A stretch of DNA of 32,000 nt. It comes from Alphaproteobacteria bacterium (GTDB taxonomy: Bacteria; Pseudomonadota; Alphaproteobacteria; Rs-D84). The stretch spans positions 90,001 through 122,000 of the forward strand of contig JAFVFD010000004.1 of the NCBI GenBank assembly GCA_017475605.1, in the 5' to 3' direction. Below, one piece after another: positions 23,506 through 31,753 of the stretch. The translations under genes and the position numbers were made by a program. Within the stretch, counting starts at the first letter, position 1; the number at the start of each line of letters is the position of its first letter. The notes below the pieces were generated by a model, which saw only the letters and a program-made list of their open reading frames with translations, was not told the DNA's origin and did no database searches.

Positions 23506-24789
23506 TTACCAAGACATACTTTTATATGTTTTCTTGTTAACACTGTCGCCGAACATATTGCGTTGCTGCTGGGTCATGGTTTCATATTGTTCATTGGAAA
23601 TAATACGCAACACAAAATCTTCGTCCGCGCGCGATGTTAGAACCGGCAACACACGTTGTTCCGCAACCCCTGTATCACGCAAAACCTGTTCTATGATGGC
23701 AAGGCGACGCGCCGCCAATTTGCGACCATCGGCACTTGTTGTAACAGATTCTGGAATACCGACCTGGATTGCACGTTTTGGGTTACTTACCACAATGGAC
23801 GCATATTCGGTCAACAATGTATAGTTATCGCGCGACAACGCGGAATCTTCGTTACGAAAACGAATTTTGATTTCCAGTGGGCGAATACCACCAGTTTCAG
23901 ACAAATCACGAACAGCGGTGAAACCCTCAATATTAGAAGTCATATCGCTTGCCACATCAAAACGGTCATCTATTTGGAATGTGGAAAGATGCTTGTTTTC
24001 CGACAAAAATGTTTTACGAAACGCGCGGCGCAATTCAGATGGCGACATTTTAGTCATATCATTACGCACCGCGGCAATTGTTGGTGACGTTTTCTTTTCA
24101 ACTGTACGCACAACAACATCCTGGGCATCCATTGGCACAACCAGGCGCGACAATTTCACCGGTGTACTTTCATCAGATTTTGTTTCACGCGCGACAACAT
24201 TGTTTGTTTGCGGTGTTAAAATCGGTGCAGATACTATTTGTGATGGCTGTGCGGAAACACTTTCGTCCGCGCGACGTTGTAATTCCATCAATTTTGCGAT
24301 TTGATTATCAATCTCACTCATTGAATCACGTATTTCGTCAACAGGTTCCGCATTACGCGCAACCATTGTACGTGTCGATGTGGTCGAATCTAAACTTTCT
24401 TCTGGTAAACTAAAATCAGATTCAAGTACGGAAAACTCACTCGGTCGTGGCATACGCAATGGTGCATCGGCCCGCGCCCATAAATCAGCACTTGGGCGAT
24501 GTGGAATTAACACATCGGCAACCCTTGCGATATGTTCACCATTATCAACCGATGTTGTCGCCGCACGCGGTGCAACATTACGCGTTGATGTATTTGTTTT
24601 TTGTGTTGTCGCAACACGAGTTTTTGCCACAGGTGCAACAGACACCGGCGCAGGCGTATAAACATTTTCGCCGAATGCGGCACGCGCCGAAACCCCGGCG
24701 GCCCCAACATTTACAACCGGCAAACGGACACCCCCCCATGCCGAACCAACCACAAAAATCGAGAGTATTGACGTGGTAATACGATGCAT
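23506..24789 (-). CDS. Secreted hypothetical protein: low-complexity N-terminal half, short coiled coil, C-terminal region faintly OmpA_C-like
   Basis: The start MHRITTSILSIFVVGSAWG (a signal peptide) is preceded by SD GGAAGGAAAGGAAA. The N-terminal half is rich in A/P/T/S/V. The C-terminal stretch LEIKIRFRNEDSALS...GRKLAARRLAIIEQVLRDTGVAEQRV resembles the OmpA/MotB C-terminal fold pattern but lacks the GHTD-type motif. Confidence 0.65.
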   Translation of the reverse strand: MHRITTSILSIFVVGSAWGGVRLPVVNVGAAGVSARAAFGENVYTPAPVSVAPVAKTRVATTQKTNTSTRNVAPRAATTSVDNGEHIARVADVLIPHRPSADLWARADAPLRMPRPSEFSVLESDFSLPEESLDSTTSTRTMVARNAEPVDEIRDSMSEIDNQIAKLMELQRRADESVSAQPSQIVSAPILTPQTNNVVARETKSDESTPVKLSRLVVPMDAQDVVVRTVEKKTSPTIAAVRNDMTKMSPSELRRAFRKTFLSENKHLSTFQIDDRFDVASDMTSNIEGFTAVRDLSETGGIRPLEIKIRFRNEDSALSRDNYTLLTEYASIVVSNPKRAIQVGIPESVTTSADGRKLAARRLAIIEQVLRDTGVAEQRVLPVLTSRADEDFVLRIISNEQYETMTQQQRNMFGDSVNKKTYKSMSW

Positions 24790-24862
24790 TTTCCTTTCCT
24801 TCCAATTCAATCATAGAACAAATGACGAATCGGGGGCAAGTGGAAAATGATATTATTTGCTA

Positions 24863-25909
24863 TTATTTTTCAACTGTATCAGCAATAAGTTCAACAGCCG
24901 TATTTTCGACCAATGATTTTTTTGCCATTTTTTCCAATCGCGATGGATTATCAAATAATTCGTCCAGGGTTGCCGTTAGCCATTTCGGTGTGAACTTGCT
25001 TTGTTCAATCGCGAAACCGCCACCACGACGCGCATATGACGCCGCATTTGCCGCCTGGTCTGGATTAATTCCCAGTGGCACAATAATTGCCGGGCGGCCG
25101 ATTGTTTCCAATTCAATAACAGTACTGGCCCCGCCACGTGAAATTACTAAATCGGCATCAACAATTGCCCCCGCCATATCGTGTACAAACGACAACACAT
25201 TTGCGTGAATCTTGTGTCGCGCATAGAACATCTGTAATTTTTCAACATTTTCAGGTCGTGTCTGATGCGTTACAAAAATCTTTTTATTTTTCATCGCCGC
25301 AACCGCGCCCGGCACAACATCGTCCAATATTTGCGCCCCCAGCGACCCACCCGTTACCAACAAATGCGATTTGCCCGGCAATTTTTCGCCTGCGCGTTCA
25401 ATAAAATCATGTCGCACCGGCAGACCAGTATAAATAATTTTCGCGGATGATTTTTTCGGCATTCCATCAACGGTTGGAAAACTTGTCATCAATGTTTTGA
25501 CCCAGCGCATAGTAAACTTGTTCGCACGACCAATTGCCGCATTTTGTTCATGTAAAAATGTTGGAATATGCCATACATGCGCGGCAAACACCGCCGGCAC
25601 AGATGCATACCCACCAAACGCAACAACGCGCGCCGGACGCGAAACCACAAAACGCAATGTTAACGCCGCCGCCGACACCGCGATTTTAAACAATGCCCAG
25701 ACTTGATTTAAACGGCTTTTTGCACCAACACCCGATGCCCAAATATGAATCTTTTTTGCACCAGCCGGCATTCCATCACGCACCATTTTATCAACGCGAC
25801 CATCACAGGATATAATTATCTTATGCCCGCGTGATGCCAATTCCGTTGCCACCGCCAATGCCGGATACACATGCCCCCCTGTTCCGCCCGTCGCAATAAG
25901 TATTTTCAT
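24863..25909 (-). CDS. murG: Undecaprenyldiphospho-muramoylpentapeptide beta-N-acetylglucosaminyltransferase
   Basis: MKILIATGGTGGHVYPALAVATEL, with later LLVTGGSLGAQ and RGGASTVIELE. The ATG at 25909 has SD AAGGGGG. The in-frame ATG at 25933 would overlap ftsW. Confidence 0.92.
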   Translation of the reverse strand: MKILIATGGTGGHVYPALAVATELASRGHKIIISCDGRVDKMVRDGMPAGAKKIHIWASGVGAKSRLNQVWALFKIAVSAAALTLRFVVSRPARVVAFGGYASVPAVFAAHVWHIPTFLHEQNAAIGRANKFTMRWVKTLMTSFPTVDGMPKKSSAKIIYTGLPVRHDFIERAGEKLPGKSHLLVTGGSLGAQILDDVVPGAVAAMKNKKIFVTHQTRPENVEKLQMFYARHKIHANVLSFVHDMAGAIVDADLVISRGGASTVIELETIGRPAIIVPLGINPDQAANAASYARRGGGFAIEQSKFTPKWLTATLDELFDNPSRLEKMAKKSLVENTAVELIADTVEK

Positions 25910-25923
25910 ATCCGCCCCCTTTG

Positions 25924-27090
25924 TTATCGCCATTTATCTTCGCGTATTAGTGCCAATACCATTCCAAACAACAAACAATACGCAACAAACGAACTGCCCC
26001 CATGGGAAACGAATGGTAATGTCATACCCTTGGCCGGCATTAAACGCAAAGTCGATGCCAGGTTGATACACACCTGGATACCAAACATAGCCGCCGTACC
26101 AACAATAGCATTAGAAATAAAATCATCGCGCGCGTACTTTGATTGATGGAAAAGTCGCCAAAACACAAACCCCATTACTAAAATCAACCCACACGATGCA
26201 ATCGCACCAAAGTTTTCACATATACCAGATAACACGAAATCGCTTTCCGCCATGGGCAGATTTTCAACAATATATGCCTTGTCCCCGGCACCAAAAAGGC
26301 CACCATTACGAATCGCACGCAACGCAAAACCAATCTGACTGCGTGGGTCAACCGGCCCAAAAAGGTCCAGCGTTCTGTTACGGACGTGGGGCAAAAATGT
26401 AATCCCAAGTATCAACAGACCAATTCCACCACCAATCAAACTTAATGTCCATTTTGCCGGTAACCCCGCCATAACAAGCATTACCCCCAATGTTCCCACA
26501 TACAACAACATTGTTCCAAAATCTGGGTGCCAAAACTGAATTGCCAACACCAACATCAATGGCACCAAATACCAAACCCATGACCATGTTTTTACCTGGA
26601 ATGCGGTGCGTTTAAGATTGAACATATCATCGCCATATATTTCACGCATTTTCGCAATAAACCATGCGGTAATCATAACGAAACCAGGCTTCATCAAATC
26701 GGACGGCATCACATGCGGCAACCCCGGTATCACAAACCAACGATGTGAATTATTCATACTGTGTGGGAAAACAACTGTTCCAATAAGCAATATAAAAAAC
26801 ACACCCAAATCAAGCCAAGCTAATGTAAGTACTGTTTTTTTATCCCTCATGCTGACCCAAAACAGTGTTAATACCCCAATCAAATAATACGGTATCATAC
26901 GCAGAAAGAAATCATACCATTGTATGCTGTGTGCCAAATTCACCGTTCGCACAAACATCGCAGAACCACTTGATATCGCCATAAGCATCGCAACCAGCAT
27001 CAGAAACAGCACCAACCCCAACAATGTACGGTCTGTTTCAAAATACCAACTGGTTAACTTACTTTCTTCGGTCCTGTTTAATTTGAACAT
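25924..27090 (-). CDS. ftsW: SEDS-family peptidoglycan glycosyltransferase (FtsW by dcw context)
   Basis: Ten-TM FtsW/RodA-like protein with the C-terminal signature LMPAKGMTLPFVSHGGSSFVA. SD AGGTGGG. It lies between mraY and murG. Confidence 0.88.
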   Translation of the reverse strand: MFKLNRTEESKLTSWYFETDRTLLGLVLFLMLVAMLMAISSGSAMFVRTVNLAHSIQWYDFFLRMIPYYLIGVLTLFWVSMRDKKTVLTLAWLDLGVFFILLIGTVVFPHSMNNSHRWFVIPGLPHVMPSDLMKPGFVMITAWFIAKMREIYGDDMFNLKRTAFQVKTWSWVWYLVPLMLVLAIQFWHPDFGTMLLYVGTLGVMLVMAGLPAKWTLSLIGGGIGLLILGITFLPHVRNRTLDLFGPVDPRSQIGFALRAIRNGGLFGAGDKAYIVENLPMAESDFVLSGICENFGAIASCGLILVMGFVFWRLFHQSKYARDDFISNAIVGTAAMFGIQVCINLASTLRLMPAKGMTLPFVSHGGSSFVAYCLLFGMVLALIREDKWR

Positions 27091-27110
27091 TTAATAACCC
27101 ACCTGAATGC

Positions 27111-28199
27111 CTATGCGAATTTAAGAATCACCAATGCCAGCCCTGCAAACATCACAGACAAGATAAAGAATCTGTCCACGATTTTTGTTTCGGCCCAACC
27201 CAATTCTTCAAAATGATGATGTAATGGGGCACGCAAAAACACTCGACGGCCCGTTCCGGTTGCAATACGTGTAACCTTGAACACCATTGTTTGAATAAAC
27301 GAAGACAACAAAATCAAAACCATCATACCGGCGGCAACACCCATGATAATTTCAGATTTTAACAACATCGCAACCGTTCCCATAAAGCCGCCCAATGCCA
27401 ACGAACCAACATCGCCCATAAATATTGATGCAGGTTTCGCATTGAACCACAGGAACCCCAGCACTGCGCCAAATGCCGCGCCCAAAACCGCATACAGACC
27501 ACTTGCATCTGGTAAAAACACAACAGTATCCATAAAACCGATTCGTGTTGCGCCATACAATGCCACGACAAGTACTACCAACACCGGCAAATAGAGTTTC
27601 GACAACATACCGTCCAGACCATCAGTTATATTTGTCGCATTTGCCGAACCACATATCACAAAATAAGCAAACACATAATACAGCAACCCCAGCGGCCACG
27701 CAATCCATGAACCAAAAGCCAATGACAAATCTGGCACATAGGCAGGCATAGTTTTATTTATCAGATATGTCAAAATAATCACAAAAACCGCTTCTACCGC
27801 TAAACGTGTTGACGGCTTCAATCCATTTGAAGCCTTGACCGACTGGGAAGAAACTTTTTTATAATCATCAACAAAACCCAACATTGAAAACATCACCAAC
27901 GCCAACAACGCAATCCAGCCTGTTGGATTAGCCATTGGCATAAACAAAACAGACGATACAACAATTGCCAGCACCAGCAAAATACCGCCCATTGTTGGTG
28001 TTCCAGCCTTGGCCCGATGCGATTCTGGGACATTTTCACTTATCGGCTGGCCCCGCTTTTGCCACGCATGCATCGCGCGTATAAACGGGCGACCCAAAAT
28101 CAGCATTATTAAAAATGCCAACCCAAATCCACCTGCAAATTGTGTCCAACCACTTGCGAAAAAAGAATAACCGGAATTCAAGAAAAAATCAGTCAGCAT
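27111..28199 (-). CDS. mraY: Phospho-N-acetylmuramoyl-pentapeptide transferase
   Basis: KAGTPTMGGIL, NATNITDGLDGM, FMGDVGSLALGG, and APLHHHFEELGW. The ATG at 28199 is preceded by SD AAGGAG. Confidence 0.93.
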   Translation of the reverse strand: MLTDFFLNSGYSFFASGWTQFAGGFGLAFLIMLILGRPFIRAMHAWQKRGQPISENVPESHRAKAGTPTMGGILLVLAIVVSSVLFMPMANPTGWIALLALVMFSMLGFVDDYKKVSSQSVKASNGLKPSTRLAVEAVFVIILTYLINKTMPAYVPDLSLAFGSWIAWPLGLLYYVFAYFVICGSANATNITDGLDGMLSKLYLPVLVVLVVALYGATRIGFMDTVVFLPDASGLYAVLGAAFGAVLGFLWFNAKPASIFMGDVGSLALGGFMGTVAMLLKSEIIMGVAAGMMVLILLSSFIQTMVFKVTRIATGTGRRVFLRAPLHHHFEELGWAETKIVDRFFILSVMFAGLALVILKFA

Positions 28200-28253
28200 A
28201 AAAATCTCCTTCTTATGCTGACATTTTATCACAAAGTTAGTGGAAAATAAATC

Positions 28254-28553
28254 TTATTTGCCGGAACAATCAATAATTGTGTCATCGTCTAAAATAAGGG
28301 TCCATTTTTCGCCCTGATTCCACAAAACCACAATCGTATCGTTCAATATTCCGGCATATTTAGCACCCGATGCCGAAACAACATGCGACAATTCCAGTTC
28401 ATCACCGTTTATATTGGCCGTCATTGTGTCGCCCTCTTCTGAAAAGGTCATTTCCACGTCGTATCCGCCACATTTTTGGATTTCATTATTATCTTCGTGA
28501 TTACACGCAACCAGTGGCAACACACAAACCAACATATACAGTAATTTTTTCAT
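28254..28553 (-). CDS. mliC: MliC-family lipoprotein (membrane-bound inhibitor of C-type lysozyme)
   Basis: Lipobox LPLVAC, the family motif SASGAKY, LWNQGEKW, and the conserved Cys pair (QKCGG...IIDCSGK). The ATG at 28553 has SD GGGGGAA. Confidence 0.75.
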   Translation of the reverse strand: MKKLLYMLVCVLPLVACNHEDNNEIQKCGGYDVEMTFSEEGDTMTANINGDELELSHVVSASGAKYAGILNDTIVVLWNQGEKWTLILDDDTIIDCSGK

Positions 28554-28578
28554 ATATTCCCCCATAAACATACGACTA

Positions 28579-28606
28579 ATTATATCACAATTTCTTGTGA
28601 TGTAAA
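28579..28606 (-). promoter_or_regulatory. Candidate mliC-mraY-ftsW-murG promoter with an inverted repeat in the spacer
   Basis: Minus strand reads TTTACA (28606-28601)-N16-TGaTATAAT (-10 at 28584-28579). The perfect inverted repeat ATCACAA-N4-TTGTGAT (28584-28601) fills the spacer. It could also act as a hairpin after the PBP gene. Confidence 0.45.
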
Positions 28607-28610
28607 ATTG

Positions 28611-30650
28611 TTAAAACACCCCACCAACAACCGGGCTGGTATCCATTGTACTGCGGCGAGGTGCCGGATTTGGTTTTTGCCCGATCTTGAATGCTTCGGT
28701 AATAATAGTACCGTCTGGATCATCTGTTGCGGCGGCCCCACTGCGACGATTAACCCGAACAAAAGTCAACCCATCTGGTACAGGGAACGGTTGGTTCTTT
28801 TCGTTTTCCAACGCAACACGCATAAAGTCCGCAAACACACGCGCGGCCATATGGCTGCCTGCGCCCTTGCCCAACGGTTTTGGTGTGTCGTACCCCAGGT
28901 ACACCCCCGCAATAAGATTTTTGGTAAATCCTATAAACCAAATATCTTTTACTTCATTTGTTGTTCCTGTTTTACCGGCAATGGTATGTCCTTCGACACG
29001 CGCCTGGCGACCGGTACCGCGTTCAACGGCCCCTTGTAATATAGAAACTATTTGATATAAACTCTGTGCATCGGCCAACGGTTCCGCATCGATTACGGTT
29101 TCTGGTGGCGTGGCATCTGGGGTCCATTGTTCTATTTCCGTTTTATTACCACCAATCGTACGACCATAACGATCCTGGATATAATCAACCAATTGCGGTT
29201 TTATCACATGTCCACCATTAACGAATGCCGAATACCCCAGTACCAATTTTTCTAATGTTGTTTCACCCGCACCCAAAGCCATCGCAACATTTATATTTTG
29301 CAGGTTTTCTGGATAAACACCGAATCGCTGGGCCATTTCAATTGCGTTTTCCGGACCAATATCCTGGGCCAAACGAACGGTTGTAACATTACGCGATGTT
29401 TCAAGTGATAAACGCAACGGAATATCACCCAAAAACTTTTTATCATAATTTTCAGGCTTCCATTCCATACCGCCTTCGCGAATACCAACAATAGGCGCAT
29501 CAAGCAATAATGTTTCCGGCGAATACCCGCGTTCCAATGCCGCCAAATACACAAAAGGTTTAATCGTACTGCCAATCTGGCGATATGCCTGGGTTGCACG
29601 ATTAAATGAACTTTCCGCAAAACTGCGTCCACCAGTCATCGCCAATACGCGCCCAGTATGCGGATTCATCGCAATTATTGCACCCTGTAATTTATCAGTG
29701 CGACCCGCATTATACGCATCCAATTCCTTGTTCAAAGCATCGGCCGCCGCACGTTGTAATTTTGGATTAATTGTTGTTTTGATATAAAGCCCCTGGTTAT
29801 ATAACACTTCACGTCCAAGGCTGTTTAATAATTGACGGCGTACATCTTCGGCAAAATACTGAAATGCCGCATCCATTTGCGCGGTAAACCCACTGTTAAT
29901 GTTTAATTCTTCGGCCGCCGCGGCATTCATTTCTTCGCGGGTGATATAGCCTTCTTCCATCATACGACGCAATACATAATTACGACGTTCAACCGCACGC
30001 GCACGATCATTTGGTGCCTTGGGCAGTGATGCCAAAAACGCACATTCAGATAATGTTAATTCGGATACAGGCTTATTAAAATACATTAATGCCGCGGAAC
30101 CAACCCCGTACGCACGCGCCCCCAGGAATATTTCATTCATATAAAGGGTCAAAATATGCTTCTTGGAAAAAGTGCGTTCAAGGCGCAATGCTAAAATAGC
30201 CTCTTTTATTTTTCGCGAGATACTCCGTTCCGATGTCAGAAAGAAGTTTTTGGCCACCTGTTGTGTAATTGTGGACGCACCCGAAAAATTCGCATTAAAT
30301 CCCAACGCGCGCGCACCATTATTTATAACCGCACGCAAAATACCCTGGACATCGATACCGGGGTGGGTCCAGAAATTCTGATCTTCGGCCGCGACAAAGG
30401 CATTAACCAACTGCGCCGGCATATCGGCATAATCGATAAAGACGCGTCTTTCTTCGGCATATTCAATAAGTAACGAACCATCCGCCGCATAAAGTCGGGT
30501 CGCAACCGGTGGCGCATAGGTCGCCAATTTGCGATAGTCCGGTAAATCGTTTCCATAAATAAAGATTAACGCCGCCAATGCCGCAATTCCGGCGGTAAAC
30601 GCCCAAAACACGATGTGTAATAAAATGCGTAAGAATCTTTTGAATTTCAT
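28611..30650 (-). CDS. Class A penicillin-binding protein (glycosyltransferase GT51 + transpeptidase; PBP1A family)
   Basis: AAEDQNFWTHPGIDVQG and GASTITQQVAKN (GT51). STIKPFVY (SxxK) and AGKTGTTNE (KTG). I chose the ATG at 30650 (MKFKRFLRILL); the track start at 30689 is TTG. Confidence 0.9.
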   Translation of the reverse strand: MKFKRFLRILLHIVFWAFTAGIAALAALIFIYGNDLPDYRKLATYAPPVATRLYAADGSLLIEYAEERRVFIDYADMPAQLVNAFVAAEDQNFWTHPGIDVQGILRAVINNGARALGFNANFSGASTITQQVAKNFFLTSERSISRKIKEAILALRLERTFSKKHILTLYMNEIFLGARAYGVGSAALMYFNKPVSELTLSECAFLASLPKAPNDRARAVERRNYVLRRMMEEGYITREEMNAAAAEELNINSGFTAQMDAAFQYFAEDVRRQLLNSLGREVLYNQGLYIKTTINPKLQRAAADALNKELDAYNAGRTDKLQGAIIAMNPHTGRVLAMTGGRSFAESSFNRATQAYRQIGSTIKPFVYLAALERGYSPETLLLDAPIVGIREGGMEWKPENYDKKFLGDIPLRLSLETSRNVTTVRLAQDIGPENAIEMAQRFGVYPENLQNINVAMALGAGETTLEKLVLGYSAFVNGGHVIKPQLVDYIQDRYGRTIGGNKTEIEQWTPDATPPETVIDAEPLADAQSLYQIVSILQGAVERGTGRQARVEGHTIAGKTGTTNEVKDIWFIGFTKNLIAGVYLGYDTPKPLGKGAGSHMAARVFADFMRVALENEKNQPFPVPDGLTFVRVNRRSGAAATDDPDGTIITEAFKIGQKPNPAPRRSTMDTSPVVGGVF

Positions 30651-30690
30651 AACGAAACAAAGTGTAAGATATTTATTTATTATTTTCAAT

Positions 30691-30722
30691 AAAAAGAAAA
30701 TCGCCCATTGGGCGATTTTTTA
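30691..30722 (-). terminator. Rho-independent terminator after the suhB-like gene
   Basis: Stem ATCGCCC/GGGCGAT (30700-30716), followed on the minus strand by TTTCTTTTT. Confidence 0.65.
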
Positions 30723-30738
30723 CAAAAAAACAAAAAAC

Positions 30739-31443
30739 TTATAATTCAATCAAACCGTTTGTCGCGACCAAATCCGCAGACATTTCGATTTTACCACCCG
30801 CCTCGCGTACCAATAAATCACCGGCGGCAATTTCTGCGAAATCCAATGTTTCGGATACAAAGCCATCAAATTTGCCCGATGCAACCCATGCCAAATCCAG
30901 TGCCGGACAACCGGTACGGCGCACATCGCCCACCGTTTTACGATTATCAGTTGTGTTATAGGCAATTGTTAAATCGGCCGCATCTTTGATATTGGAAACA
31001 CGTGTACGCGCGGAATGAAATGCGGAAAACACATATGCACCGCGTTCGCGTTCGGCATAATATAACCGTTCGTCAATTGGGGAATAAACCAGCGCAATCT
31101 GCGTTTCATCATTCGTACGCAACGCCAATGAAATCGCAAAATGCGGATTTGCGCGAACAAAATTCGCCGCCCCAGACAATGCCAACACAAATTCATCGCG
31201 TCCATCACCTGCGCGGGACACATTCGGGGTAAGCAAACCAGCATTCGGCCGCACCAGCATCAAATCAGACAAAATGCTTTCTTCGATTCTTGCCTCGGCC
31301 TTACTTACGAAATCACGCGCACCACGCAATGATTGTTGCAGGTTTTCCACTTCGCCGAAATCGTGGCGCAAACCGGTTGCCGTACGTTGCAACGCCATAA
31401 ACATCTTGTTTAATTCCGTTGAACCTTTGATCAGCAATTCCAT
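30739..31443 (-). CDS. suhB: SuhB/inositol-monophosphatase-family protein with a degenerate active site (likely non-catalytic)
   Basis: Clear family matches: HDFGEVENLQ, NFVRANPHFAISLAL, RRTGCPALDLAWVASGKFDGF, AAGDLLVREAGG. The metal-binding motifs are replaced: EE.G becomes TPNVS, DP.DGT becomes LALSGAA, and WD.AAG becomes FAEIAAG. It starts 23 nt after the rpmE stop. Confidence 0.8.
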   Translation of the reverse strand: MELLIKGSTELNKMFMALQRTATGLRHDFGEVENLQQSLRGARDFVSKAEARIEESILSDLMLVRPNAGLLTPNVSRAGDGRDEFVLALSGAANFVRANPHFAISLALRTNDETQIALVYSPIDERLYYAERERGAYVFSAFHSARTRVSNIKDAADLTIAYNTTDNRKTVGDVRRTGCPALDLAWVASGKFDGFVSETLDFAEIAAGDLLVREAGGKIEMSADLVATNGLIEL

Positions 31444-31466
31444 TTCGCGACCCCGATTTTATTTTA

Positions 31467-31679
31467 TTAGAAATTGAACCCAGCGAATTTGCTTTTGAAT
31501 TCCGCAGCGCGTTGGCCCTTGTCCCCGGTGTTTGCACGTTGACCGGTCCACGCAGAATGGTTCAAGTTATCGGTTGATAAAACCAAATCTTTTTTAACCG
31601 AAGAATACATTTTCACAGTCTTACCGTCAGTCATTGTGACGTTAATTTCGTGGTATTCTGGATGAATTCCTTTTTTCAT
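31467..31679 (-). CDS. rpmE: 50S ribosomal protein L31 (Cys-less type)
   Basis: MKKGIHPEYHEINVTMTDGKTVKMYSS...HSAWTGQ...FKSKFAGF. There is no CxxC zinc motif. SD AAGGG lies upstream. Confidence 0.92.
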   Translation of the reverse strand: MKKGIHPEYHEINVTMTDGKTVKMYSSVKKDLVLSTDNLNHSAWTGQRANTGDKGQRAAEFKSKFAGFNF

Positions 31680-31711
31680 AATATAACCCTTTTGATTTTA
31701 AAAGCCCCGTA

Positions 31712-31739
31712 ATTATACATGGGTTTTTCGATAAATCAA
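31712..31739 (-). promoter_or_regulatory. Candidate rpmE-suhB promoter
   Basis: Minus strand reads TTGATT (31739-31734)-N16-TATAAT (31717-31712), about 32 nt upstream of the rpmE ATG. Confidence 0.45.
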
Positions 31740-31753
31740 GCGATATTCGCGAA

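Noticed and set aside
28584-28601. ATCACAA-N4-TTGTGAT considered as a CRP/FNR-type site because it contains TCACA and TGTGA
   Set aside because: The half-sites are in inside-out order (TCACA-N6-TGTGA rather than TGTGA-N6-TCACA), so this is not a CRP consensus. It is kept only as a generic inverted repeat or operator candidate.
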